From NCBI GenBank assembly GCA_951406725.2, contig OX597818.1:3596001-3660000 (forward strand): a stretch of DNA of 64,000 nt, written 5' to 3'. Numbering within the stretch: the stretch's first letter is position 1; every line of letters begins with the position of its first letter. Shown here one piece after another: positions 26,107-38,737 of the stretch. The position numbers were made by a program, and so were the translations under genes. This DNA comes from Octopus vulgaris (lineage: Eukaryota). The notes beneath the pieces are model-generated. The model did not search any database. It was given only the letters and a program-made list of their open reading frames with translations, and was not told the origin of the DNA.

Positions 26107-28827
26107 GGGGTGAATAGCACTGAGGGAGGTTACTTTGTGTCGGTTGACAAGAGGTTAAGAGAATAACAGAGAGATAGAGATTGGTGTCTTGTTGTAGAAG
26201 GATACCCAGTTGGAGAAGAAGGGAGAGGGAGAGAGACTTAAAGGGAAAAATAGAGATGGAGAGAGTGTTGATGGTGGATATGTGTCAGGACATACTCTCA
26301 AGGCACAATAGCAGGAAGATATATAAGTGAAGTAATATAGAGGATTAGACTGGGTGAGTCGGTGGGCAAGGTAGAGAGGCAAGTGTCATAAGAATGTGAG
26401 GCGTGATTAGATGGGATACAGGTTACAGAAGTAAATAATGGTGAGAGATATAGGAGCCTCTCAGTGGGAGGGGTTATGTTAGTGAGGGCATTAGGAGTGA
26501 TAGATAAAAGAGGTGTTAAAGATGGAATATCGCAGAGGGGAGAGAGAGCATAGCTGGAAGAAGATAATGAGGAATGAAAGTGATTTTGGTGTTGGGGAAA
26601 AAAGGGAAGGTAGTGAAAGGAGAGGGATGTAGTATGTGCCTATTCTACTCTCAGGTGATTCTGGTAACCAAACCAGAGATAAAGAAGTGATGAGTGTTAG
26701 GGAATGAGATGTGTGGGAAAGACTTGATGAGGTAATGAGAATGAAGGTGGGGCAATATAGGCTATATATATTTTCAACATCAGTTAGTGTCCATGTTCCA
26801 TGCTTGTATGGGTTGGACAGTTTGACAGGAACCAATGTGTTGAATGTTTGCTTTGGTATGGTTTTTACGGCTGGTTACCAACCTTATGCCAACCACTTTA
26901 CAGCATAGACAGATAAGCTATATATATGTGTGTTTCAGTTGTACACAAGTCAAAAGCAAAGCACAATCTAAATTATTATTTTTGTGCAGTAATATTTTAT
27001 GTAGTAAGTTAGTTATGGCTGGTCAGAAAGTTACTATTAGTTTGGCATCTCTTATTACTCCTGGCAACATAGTCAACTCATCAGACCTGCTGGATGTAGG
27101 TACATAACCCCTTTATTAATGGAGATAAGAATACAGTCTTGGTCAGCAAGGTTGTGAAAAAAGAACCTGAAATGAAATTCTTTGAAGTGAAAACGCCATT
27201 TAGGAAAGATGGCATTATCTTGTTTTCAACATTTCCAGTTCTGTGTGAAAAGGGTCAGTTTATGTATGATTTCTGTTCACTGGTCAGTAAATGAGGAATT
27301 CCATGTCTCCAACAAAAATTTTCTCTAATGAGGACACCACCTTAACATCTCACTTTTGGAATTTAAGAAGTCCCCCAGATCAATCGAATTTTTTGTATCA
27401 TCTGCTTCTGTTGATCCAAGCTGATCCAAGCTGTTCTAGGTGCTTCCATTTTATCCTGTATGGCATTCCTTCTTTTAAATGCCATATGTACTTAACGTTG
27501 CCACCCCTGGATCCTAAAAGAGGACCTGTGGTTATTTAGTTGCAGCTTAAAGGGCTCTGCTCCAACATATTTCCATGTATGTGTCCAACTGTTGTTGTTG
27601 TTGTTGCCGCCATATCATCATCAACAACATTTAACGTATGCTTTCCCTGTCGGCATAGGTTGGATGGTTTGACTGGAGCTAACAAAACCAGAAGCTGCAC
27701 CCGGTTCTATCATCTGTTTTGTATGGTTTGGTATGGTTTCTACAGCTGGATGCCCTTCCAAATGCCAGCCACTTTACAGAGTGCTTTTTATGTGGCACCA
27801 GCATTGATAGGGTCACCAAGTACCTTCCAAGAGAAAACCCCTCAACTGGGTAGGGGGAGTAGTATTGTGGGAGTGTGGCTTTGTGCCAGTAGAATTACTT
27901 AAGTTATAGAGGGGATAAATTTAGGTGTTTTACTGTAGAGTAGATAGATGGATACCCCAGTTGGAAAACAAGGGAGTTTGAGTTGGAGAATGATAGTGAG
28001 AGTGATGAAGGCAGAGATGTTGGGACATGCCCTCAAGGGACATTGGGGATGATGAGAATAGGTGAGGTGAAAAAACTTAGTGAGTGGACAGGATGAGGTG
28101 ACTGTAGCAAATAATGGAGATAAATAAAGGAGAGGCTCAGTGGTGGGGATTGAGTGTGATAGCAGGTAAGTGAGGAATTGATGATGGAGAGCAGCACAAG
28201 GAGAGAGACAGTAAGTGAGAGAAAAAAGGTTATTAGAGTGTGGAGAGTAAACATAACTGAGAAAGCCACAGTGTTTAGTATGTGTCAATAGTTCTGCTCT
28301 CAGGTGGTAGCAGAAATGATGGGTGTTAGGGGATAAAATGTGGGTGGAGGGAGAAGGATGACTGAGTAGAGCCCTCTATGGAGATGCATTACCAAGGAGG
28401 TTCTAGGATATCAATTCTGCTGTGGTGGGCAGGTCTTCTGGAGTACAGAAAGGTGCCAGATATTTGAGTCCTTTGCCATCTCCATTATGAAGCTCAGCAT
28501 TTTGAGATCAGCTTTCAATACTTTGTCTTCCTAAGTTTCCTTTTCCACAAGTTTCATCCACTTTGATTGGCACTTCTTTATGCAATTGTCTTCATCCATA
28601 TGCATCATATGACCAAAGCAGTGCAATCTTCTCTTTTGTACACTGCATTTAATTCCTCTTATGCTTAACTTTTCTTTCAGTACACTAGCACTCTGTCACA
28701 CATACAAACATTGCACATCCAGCAGAGCATACCAACATCATGTCATAATTTATTAATGATATAGGATATATATGTGTATTTGTGTGTGTGTGTATATATA
28801 TGTATATCCATATACACACACACACAC

Positions 28828-28880
<53 letters not shown>

Positions 28881-28890
28881 CATACAGATA

Positions 28891-28930
<40 letters not shown>

Positions 28931-28940
28931 CATACAGATA

Positions 28941-28972
<32 letters not shown>

Positions 28973-28996
28973 CATACAGATATAGATATATATATA

Positions 28997-29343
28997 TCCG
29001 TTCGTGGCTGTTGCCAGCCTCGCCTGGCCCCCGTGCCGGTGGCACGTAAAAAGCACCATCCATTCGTGGCCGTTGCCAGCCTCGCCTGGCCCCCGTGCCG
29101 GTGGCACATAAAAAGCACGATCCGATCGTGGCTGTTTGCCAGACTCGTCTGGCACCTATGCCGGTAGCACATAAAAAGCACCCGCTACACTCATGGAGTG
29201 GTTGGCGTTAGGAAGGGCATCCAGCCGTAGAAACATTGCCAGATCAAACTGGGCCTGGTGCAGCCTTCTGGCTTCCCAGACCCCAGTTGAACCGTCCAAC
29301 CCATGCTAGCATGGAAAGCGAATGCTAAACGATGATGATGATG
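28997..29343 (+). mobile_element. RTE-type 3' end with three ~61-bp GC-rich tandem units
   Basis: ccgttcgtggctgttgccagcctcgcctggcccccgtgccggtggcacgtaaaagcacc x3, then ggttggcgttaggaagggcatccagc...(gat)n tail. Adjacent to (TA)n. Confidence 0.8.
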
Positions 29344-29384
29344 TGTATATATATATATCTCTATATATATACAGATATATATAT

Positions 29385-29800
29385 GGCTGTGTGGTTAGGG
29401 AGCTTGCTTTCTAGCTACATGGTTTCGGGTTCAGTCCCACTGCGTGGCACTTTGGGTAAGTGTCTTTCACTATAGCCCCGAGCTGACCGGAGCTTTGTGA
29501 TTGAATTCGGTAGGTGGAAGTAACTGCCGTGTGTGCATATGTGCGTGTAGGTGCTTGTGCCTCTCCCAAAGAGAGAGAGGGATATATATACACACTTACA
29601 CATAAGGTAGAATTATTAGCGCGCCAGGCGAAATGCTTAGCTGTATTTCATCTGCTATTATGTTCTGAGTTCAAATTCCACCAAGGTTGACTTTGCCTTT
29701 CATCCTTTCAGGGTCGATTAAATAAGTATCAGTTATGCACTGTAATTGACTTAGTCTCTTTGTTTGCCCCCTTTGTGTTTAGCCCCCTGTGGGCAATAAA
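29385..29800 (+). mobile_element. SINE head (29385-29525) followed by CORE-type SINE (29605-29800)
   Basis: ggctgtgtggttagg...gggttcagtcccactgcgtggcac and tgagttcaaattcc...ctttgcctttcatcctttcagggtcga. Confidence 0.75.
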
Positions 29801-30454
29801 GAAATATATATATATATCATGTTGCTGATTTTACTAGACTATTTATCTGTCCATTTACTCCATGTTACCATTTACTTCATGTTACCATTTACTCCATGTT
29901 ATTGATCTCAGTGTTAAAGATATTAGATTTAATCAATATTTTTTTATCTTCAAAATTTCAAAATTAAAATTTAATTAGTTTTGAAGATTCTGGAATAAAA
30001 CTTGTGAGAGAGCGATTGATAGATACTCAAGGTGATGAATTTAAATTTACACCACACCTGTGTTTCTAGTTACAATAAAACCCCTCATTTCCTTGTGCAG
30101 CCAAAAGATTACTCTGAAGAAGAATATAAAAAAAATGATCAATGTTTGCTTCAATAATTCATTAATTTCAAGTCTAAAGAAATCTATCTGTTTAAATCTA
30201 TCTGGAGCTAATAAAACTCATTTAAACAATTAATGAAATTGTTGTTGTGTACCTCTGATTAAAGACTTCCTATCTCTGACCATCCCATCATTACTGTATC
30301 TAGGATTATGTTACTCCATGTGTTCTTCATTTTAAGATATTTGGGTTTAATTTGAGGGATTTGCCTACTGTTTGTAGCAAATTAAGTTACCACCTAAACA
30401 CTCTCTTGTTTGGCTTATATTGGTATAATATTGATTGTCGATATAATATTAATT

Positions 30455-30650
30455 TTAAATTTTGACACACAGTCAGCATGTACAGGAGAAGGGGAAGTAC
30501 CTTATATGGACCCCAGTGCTCAACTAGTACTTATTTTATTGACCTCAAAAGGATGAAAAGCAAAGTTGACCATGATAGAATTTGAACTCAGAATGTAAGG
30601 ACAGATGTAATGCCACTAAACATTTTGCTTGGCATGCTAATGTTTCTGCT
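30455..30650 (-). mobile_element. CORE-type SINE
   Basis: Reverse complement of the gagttcaaattc...ttttcatccttt...ataaaataagtac motif. Confidence 0.65.
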
Positions 30651-30769
30651 TATAATATTGATAGATAATATTGCCTGTATAATACTGAAATATCAATGAT
30701 TGTTAAATATTGGTTGTCAATGTTATATTCTAGTTTAATGTTCTCCTCAATGTTTTCTTCTATTTCCAG

Positions 30770-30862
30770 CTGCGGACAATGAGAAGAGTTTACAACTTCC
30801 TGGACACTGATGCCAAGTCTGCTCAGGAATGGATTGATAAAATTCAGAGCTGCATCCAATAA
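30770..30862 (+). CDS. SBF2: Sbf/MTMR13 terminal coding exon (end of PH domain, stop codon)
   Basis: Polypyrimidine tract then ttccAG|[33 protein letters not shown] matches the SBF C-terminal PH helix; TAA at 30860-30862. Missed by the ORF track. Confidence 0.93.
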   Translation: MRTMRRVYNFLDTDAKSAQEWIDKIQSCIQ

Positions 30863-32464
30863 ATTATTCTGAAATTGTGCAATTCCATTGCAGCTGCTGT
30901 TCTGTGACCATTTTAACTGAAAGACAATATTGATGGAAGATAGACTGGAGACAGTGGTTTGCCACCAGCTTGGCCATGCTTTAGCTAGCTAGAGGGAAGA
31001 CAAGTTGGCTAATTAATAGCATAGCTTCCTTGTTCCCTCTACAGTGTTAGCTACCCTTCTCTGTCTATTTCAGATCTCCTGGACACCAGTGGACCAAGAT
31101 TTTCTCAATGCTACTGGTCAGGGGTTGAAGTTGGTAACTTTTCTCCACTTCAAAATATATTTGAAGCTAAGAAAGTCAAAGAGAACACATACACACATAT
31201 GCATGCACACATGCACACACACACACACACACAAGAAACAATAAATAAATCTCATAACATTTTCAGTCATGGTAAATTCCTATGTTCAGGTGTAAAATAC
31301 TACATCACTTGTTTCTACGACATCTCACATGTCTAGCTGATTGACAGCAATTGTACATTCAATCATACAATCACTTTTGTCATCATATCTACTTTTCAGT
31401 ATGCTTATTCCGTTATTTAACAAGTTCTCTCCAATATTTTTTATTATGCTATTCACTGCTACCCTACTGACATGTCTGCTACTGTTTTGGTTCCCAGGTT
31501 GGCTACTCATTTCCTTGCTATTGTTGTGAGTTAAGGAGTTTGATATTTATTGCATCGTAGCTCCACCCTCACATCTTTCACAGAAATATGGATTCTGATT
31601 GATTGTGCCAGTCATGTGATCTCATGTGCCAGTCATGTGATCCACTGGCAGTATTCTTTGCTGTTGTTGGGGATCATAGTAGCTGTGGGATTTCCTTGTG
31701 TCAGTGTTGGCTGTTCAAAACCGCAGCTTCTTCTGTCCTTTGTGGTCTTTTATCTGAAGGTTTGTCTGCTACTTGAACCAGTTCCTCATCTTTCCCCCCT
31801 CTCAGTCTTTGTTTCTATCTGTCTGTATGTGTCTCTCTCAGAAATCCATTCCTGCTTTTATGTCACCCTGCCAGGCCAGCTACTACATGTACATACAAGT
31901 TCATACATGAATACATTAATGCAATGATGCAAGCATTAAACTGATGCATTTCAAGATCTTTCTTCTTCTTTAGATTCAGGTGATATATTTATGCATGAAC
32001 AGGTAAATATATCCCCTACTTTAGTACACAAAAATGTGTACAGAGTAACTGAATAACATCCCTTTGGCAAATACTCCTCTCTAACTTCATAGCATGTATC
32101 TCCTTTATATACACTCTATATGTGCATAAATATGTGTGTGTATGTTTGCATGTATGTGTGTGTGTATATATATATATATATATAAATATTTATGTTGAAT
32201 CATAGTGGATAAGTTGTTTTCTAGAGTACTCAACAAATAAGTGTGGTATGTAGGTAGATCCTAAGTTTACCTTTCCAGGGAAACCTGGTACATCATTTAT
32301 GTAAAACTAATCAGGGTATTAATAAGGCGGGTTCAGCGAAAGTTGAGATAGGCTGATTATACTTGGTATTTATACTTTCTATACTTTGATTATTTACATC
32401 TATCTATCTCTCTATCTATCTATCTATCTATCTATATATGTGTGTGTGTATACACACACACACA

Positions 32465-32516
<52 letters not shown>

Positions 32517-32865
32517 ATGTGTGTATAAGAAACAAGTTAAAAATGATGGTCATTACATATCTTTCCTTTGTTGGGGCAAATTTGGCTTACAACTGTTTCC
32601 AATAAGCTAAATTTGCTCTCAAAAAGGTCAAATATGTAATGGCCATTATTCTTAACTTGTTTCTTATATATCACTCTGTGTGAAAACCAGTTTATCTGAG
32701 TCCACCCACAGATTTACAATATAGAATTGTGATGAAGCATAACCTTGGACCCTATCAAAAGATTACCTGGAGTTCTTCACTAATCTAAGTAATATTGTTA
32801 GCCTGATAGGCCAACAGAGGGCTTATGAAGTATTTTGCCCAGATTGATAATACCTCACTATTTGT

Positions 32866-32959
<94 letters not shown>

Positions 32960-33154
32960 GAAGTATATATGTGTGTATGTGTGTGTATATATATATATAT
33001 ATATATAGTGCATGTAACGTGTATATTTATGTATGAAATGTATATAATGTACATAACATTTGTTCATAGTATATATGTATGTGTGTTGTGCAATACAGAC
33101 ACACATATATATACACACACATACATATAAATTCACATATATACACATACACTC

Positions 33155-33194
<40 letters not shown>

Positions 33195-33646
33195 TTGACT
33201 GAGATTTGATTCAGCCGACAGCTTATTCAACTAAAAAACCAGTTGGATAAATAGTCTGGTGAAAATTAATCAAATGAATTTTATAATATATTTTACTCTA
33301 TTTCCAAGCATTGAGTCATCTCCTCAGTCAATATTTTGTTTTTGATCTTAAACCTGCTTTTAAATAATAACCTTGATTTAACAAATACACACATACAAGA
33401 GTATGTATATATATATATTTATATAATTAGATACAGACAGACAATATATTTCATATGTATATTATATATTTTTATGTATAATATATATATGATGTGTAAT
33501 GCAATATTATATATAATAAAAAGTATATATTATGTACATTATGTCAAGTATATCTATATTGCATATTTAGGAATTTTATGTAATATATTTTATATGATAT
33601 ATACTATAGTCATTATGTATATGTTATTTTATACATATACACGTGT

Positions 33647-33692
<46 letters not shown>

Positions 33693-33960
33693 GCACACAC
33701 ACACATATATGCATTTACATTTCATATAAGCATTTACATTATATATACATATGTATGTATGTATGTATCATGGTATATGTGAAAAATACACATATGCATG
33801 TGTACACACACACACACACACTGTTACACATTTTGAGTATTAAGAGGTCTATCCTGTGTGTATTACAGGCCTTTGTGTGTGTAAATGTTTGTTTTAGCAA
33901 ATCTGTCCCATATTTTATATTGTTCATTCATGCTGAATAAAAACTGAAGAAAAAGAATAG
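30863..33960 (+). other. Probable 3' UTR of Sbf (extent uncertain)
   Basis: TE-poor sequence after the stop. AATAAA candidates near 31240-31249 and 33936-33941; the true end cannot be fixed without RNA data. Confidence 0.4.
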
Positions 33961-34178
33961 TGTTTGTTGTATATTTATCAATGAATTTCCATGATAAATT
34001 ATATACTCCATATTGTAGGCAAGGGAATGTGATATATGATATACTACATGTTGTGGCAGGGGATTGAAATATATTACCTGAAGACATATACACATGCATA
34101 CACTCTATACATGTCTATCTGTGTGTGTGTATATATTTGAAAATATTTGTAGAGGTAACATATGCATAAGTAGATATT

Positions 34179-34521
34179 TATGAAAAACAAGAACGAAAAT
34201 GCTACTTTCTTAAAATTTGGTGCGTTTTAATTTTCCTTTTACATGTTTCGGTTTTTGAAAAACCTTTAATTTGCGGTCACAGTTAGTTGAACTTGTCATG
34301 CTACCAAAACCAAAGGATATTATCATGAGTTCTTGCAGGAAAAAGGAAAGTAAACTATGAATGTTAATCTTAATTCGATTTTGTTATTAGTTCTTTTCTC
34401 TTTACATATTCCATTTAAGCACATATTTTTGATAAGGTTTTTCAAAAACCGAAACATGTAAAAGGAAAATTAAAATGTATCCAATTTTAAGAAAGTAGCA
34501 TTTTCATTCTTGTTTTTCATA
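34179..34521 (+). mobile_element. Short fold-back element with degenerate hammerhead
   Basis: Inverted arms 34179-34266 and 34434-34521. 34426-34463 reads ttt TTGATAA ggttttt c aaaaacc GAAA CATG TA aaa. Ends in (TA)n. Confidence 0.75.
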
Positions 34522-35699
34522 TATATATACATGCAGTTTCAAGATGACAGATGAAGTAGTTGTGTATGTGTGGCTTTGTAGCATTTACTCTTGTATCCAG
34601 ACTTTTTATCGGCTGTAGGAGTTTCATTGTGATTCTGGAAACAACATTTCAGTTTGTCTTGACATAGTCCTGCTGTAGAATTGATCAGTTTTTTTGTAAA
34701 AGGTAAGTACAACAAAACAGATTGTAAAGTATGTTAATGGCCGTGTGGCATGGGTGGTGGCTAGTTCAACCTAGTTCAAACATCTCTGATGTTTGACTAG
34801 GTTCCTTCTCCAAAGACTGACCACTTCTTTATATTATTTTGAACCAATCCTTTCTGATGCAAATTATTACCAGTTTCCTTGGGCTCTATTATTTTTCTTT
34901 GTGCATAAAGTAGGGACTAGCACCCTGTCCTTGGGAAGATTTTTCTCTCCACTATTTGTGAAGTACATTGGTATATCTGAAGCAAAATTCTTATTCAAGC
35001 AGCAACAACTGTTCCACGGGAACTTCAATTAAACGTTAAAATTTTTTTTATACACTAATTAATGATTCATTGCTTGCAAAACCACAGCAATTATGTATAT
35101 ATATAATGTAATGATGATGACTGTCCACTCATGACTGAGGAAGACCATCACTGGCTATTGTTGCAATGCCTGTGCAAGAGGTTACTGCACCAGTATCAGC
35201 TTCATCTGGGTTTGTATCTGCAGCTTCCATGCTTGCTGTGGTGTCTGCCCTCTCAATGGGGCATTGGATAGCTGCCTTACTGGTAATTGAACAACCTAAA
35301 CTTTTAGGTCCAAAAACGTTTGCACAGCACTTCATACCTCTTCCACCCTACTGGCATAATCCAGTAACTCCAATATGGATCACTGGCACAGGAATGTGAG
35401 AAGGTCACAATCTCAAGCACTAGCAAAAGATCCCCAAAATGTTCAATGCCTTTCTATTCATGTCTGGTTTTGTATCAGAATGGCTTTCTCTTAGAGACAT
35501 GTTTTAAAAAAAAGAAAACTAAAGAGGAAAAAGAAAGAGAGAGTGTGAAAGAAAGAAAAGAAAACAGGTGAAGAGAAGAAATAAAGGAAAGGAAGAAGTG
35601 GGAGTGGACATGGTACTCAGCACTTTTTTCCCAACAGTTAACATTAAACACACACACACACCATGACTCACATGCCTTCAACGTGGACTTTATACAATC

Positions 35700-36845
35700 C
35701 TTAAACTATAGTCTTGGTTTGTGGTGGGGGTCGGAAGCACAAACAAGTTCACCATATAGCAGTTGTTTAGAAATCTTTCGATTGTTCATTTGAACAAGGT
35801 GTCCAGTCCAGCATAATCAGTGCTTGTGCATCGTTGCTTCAATGCTCAGGATATCGGTTCCCCTCAAGACCAGTGTCTGGAGTCTGCAAAAACCAGCCAA
35901 CAAAAAGAATGTGCCCCAGGCATCTCTGACAGAAGTATTCAAAGAAATTTACATGATGCCTGTAAAGAGTATATGTTTCACGTGAATAAGGTACCGATGT
36001 CAGCGCATGGTACATAGTAATTTTTGTTCACCTTGTGATGCCATATTGGGACCAGACACGAGATTCAAGAATCCTGAAGCATTCAGTTGCCTTCTGAAAC
36101 CTTAAAGATATTTCATCATCAAAGGAACAATACTGGTTGAATTTTCTTCCCAATTAGACAAACTGGTCAACCACTTCCAGTACTGTTCCTTCAACTAAGT
36201 GCAGGCAAGAACATTACAAGTCTCGTCCAGGCTAATTCTGAGTCCAGATACCTTACAAGATGCAGAAATATGATCCATAAGAATTTGCATATCTTCAATT
36301 ATATAAGCAACTAAGTCGTAATCATCTGCAAAAAAGAGGGCATGAATTAGAAATTAAAAATCTTTCGAAAGGGCCGTAAATATACATCACATATTCAGCA
36401 CCTCATATACATCACAGAGGAGCAATCTACAGCAAGAGTGAGAGTAGCAGTTAAAATACAAAGAAAAGAGAGTTGGAGCAAAGAAAAGAGAGTTGGAGCA
36501 TGCTTGGTACTATTCTGTGCAGGGATGGGCCCATGTCTCCATCCCATCATATTATGATTTATTGATACAAAGTAACTCGTACAGCCAAATATTTTCTACA
36601 GAGTGGCCCTACTTACTGTATCGAAATCAATAAAACCTGGACAAGATCCTTATTCTTCTCATAACACTTCTGCATCTGTCTTGCTGTAAAGATTGTATCC
36701 ATTGTTCCCCTACCAGAATGGAAGCCACACTGAGATTCAGATGGGATATCATTTACAAGGCATTATGTAGGCGGGCAAGAATACTTGCTAGAACATTGCC
36801 AGCTGCTGACAGCAGAATAATATCTTTATGGTTGGAGGTAGTTCA
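35700..36845 (-). mobile_element. Heavily decayed LINE RT fragment
   Basis: Minus-strand remnants ESQCGFHSGRGTMDTIF (~36700-36740) and ALFFADD (~36315-36345). Confidence 0.65.
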
Positions 36846-37426
36846 CCGTTTTCTAGGAGGGAAAACTAGAAGAGAAGCGTAGGGAGGCTGATTATGGTTT
36901 TGCAGTTCGATCTGAAATCCTTAAAAAGTTGAAGAAGCTTCCTATCCCTATAAGTAACTGTTACGAAGATGTAAAAAAGCGATCTGAGAGAAATATGACA
37001 GAAAAAAAATATAATGAAAAAGACAGAGACAGAATAGAAGATATATTGAGAGAAAAAGACAGTAGAAGACAGCCGGAGAAAGAGGAAAACAGAGAGTAGA
37101 TGTGTAGGTGAGATATTTAAAAAAACATCAATACAGTTTAAGCAGAGGGGTGGGGAGTAAACGATAAAATGTATCGATATATATCTGAAAGCTCATTCTG
37201 CTTTCTTATATCTTTACTACATTCCATACAATAAAATGCAATGTGTTTCACATCAGTCACGGTGGCAGAGAGAAGCTAAACAACAAACGGAGTGGGAGTC
37301 AGAGATACTCAATGCAAGTGAACTGTTGTGAGAGGATTTACTAAGAAGTCGTACAAACCTTACATAAATAATATTTATTTTAACAATTTCACACACATAT
37401 ATAAATTTATATATATGAAATTCCAT

Positions 37427-38258
37427 ATGCGTAATAAAAGTCATAAGACAATATATTTTCATATATAAGAGTGTATAAAGATATGTACACAAAGAGAAGA
37501 CCTCTGACAGGACTTCTTACATGCTAAAAAGGGTAGTTAAACCCAGTCACGAAAGATAATGCTAAAGGCACGCCGATAAAGCATTAGAATGAAAGGAATT
37601 ATTTTTAGTTAATCCCATGCTAGAGTTTTCCAATTAATGAGCAAATAGATTAGTTTGTCATCGTAGTTCATCAGTGAGATCACCAAAACAATGCATAATT
37701 ATGTAGCAATAATACATAGCGAAAAAACCAGGGGCGAGCTACATACTTATAATATTATGGATTCAAATCAAGTGAGCAGACGTATTCACATAGCCAGCAG
37801 CAAATAATTAATTTTTAAAAATTGCATACTATAAGCCTAAGGATTAGAAAGTTTTACTGTGTAAATCATAAGAGTAAAAAATTTAATTCCTTTCATTTTA
37901 GTGCTTTATCGGCGTGCCTTTAGAATTATTTTTTATAGTTGGGTTTAACTGCCTTTTTAGCATGTAAAAAGTCCTGCCAGAGGTCTTCTCTTTGTGTATA
38001 TATCTTTATACACTTTTGTATATGAAAATATGTTGTCTTATGACTTTTATTACGCATGCGAATCACTGGTAATAAATTATTCTAAATTTTTTACCCTTAT
38101 GATTTACATAGTAAAACTTCCTAATTCTGAGGCTTATAGTACGAAGTTATTAAAAATTAATTATTTGTTACTGGCAAACAATTAATTGCGCACTTGATTT
38201 AAATCCATAATGTTATAAGGATGTAACTTTTTCGGTACGTATTATTGCTATATAATTA
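37427..38258. repeat. Interleaved inverted repeats A-B-A'-B'
   Basis: A 37427-37601 pairs with A' 37884-38057; B 37696-37883 pairs with B' 38083-38258. Confidence 0.8.
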
Positions 38259-38332
38259 TTCTCTAAATGAAAACTTACTTTTTTTTCTTTCCGAGTAAAA
38301 TACATTCGTAACTATATATATATATATATATA

Positions 38333-38582
38333 CTTTATTTAAAGCAGCAGAAAATTCAACAAAACCTGTTACTCTGAGTTTCCCGTTGCCGTTCATCGGA
38401 CAGTTTTTGGTAGAATGGAACCGATATGTCAATTCTAAGAATTGACATAGAAACGGCAGCGGGAAACTCAGAGTAACAGGTTTTGTTGAATTTTCTGCTG
38501 CTTTAAATAAAGCATAATACTCTACCACTGGTATTTGAGTACTCTTTTTTCCACCTTGTTTCACATTTATGTATTTACTCCG
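38333..38582 (-). mobile_element. Short fold-back element with hammerhead motif, between (TA)n tracts
   Basis: Arms 38333-38393 and 38452-38512. Minus strand 38403-38366 reads ctgt CCGATGA a cg gcaa cg g GAAA ctcagag TA acag. Inner 12-bp hairpin at 38425-38449. Confidence 0.8.
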
Positions 38583-38635
<53 letters not shown>

Positions 38636-38737
38636 CATACATACATATATATATATATATACACACATACATACATATATATATATATACATACATATAT
38701 ATATATCTTATATCTCTCTATAGATAGATAGATACAT

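Noticed and set aside
26107-28380. Purine-rich blocks (26107-26760, 27890-28380) and a pyrimidine-rich block at 20640-21190 as novel elements
   Set aside because: Strand bias resembles very old Neptune-type PLE remnants, but no motif was clear enough to annotate.
35129-35399. Overlapping GC-balanced ORFs on both strands as a possible exon of another gene
   Set aside because: There is no recognisable domain, no convincing splice sites and no partner exons. It lies beside a decayed LINE.
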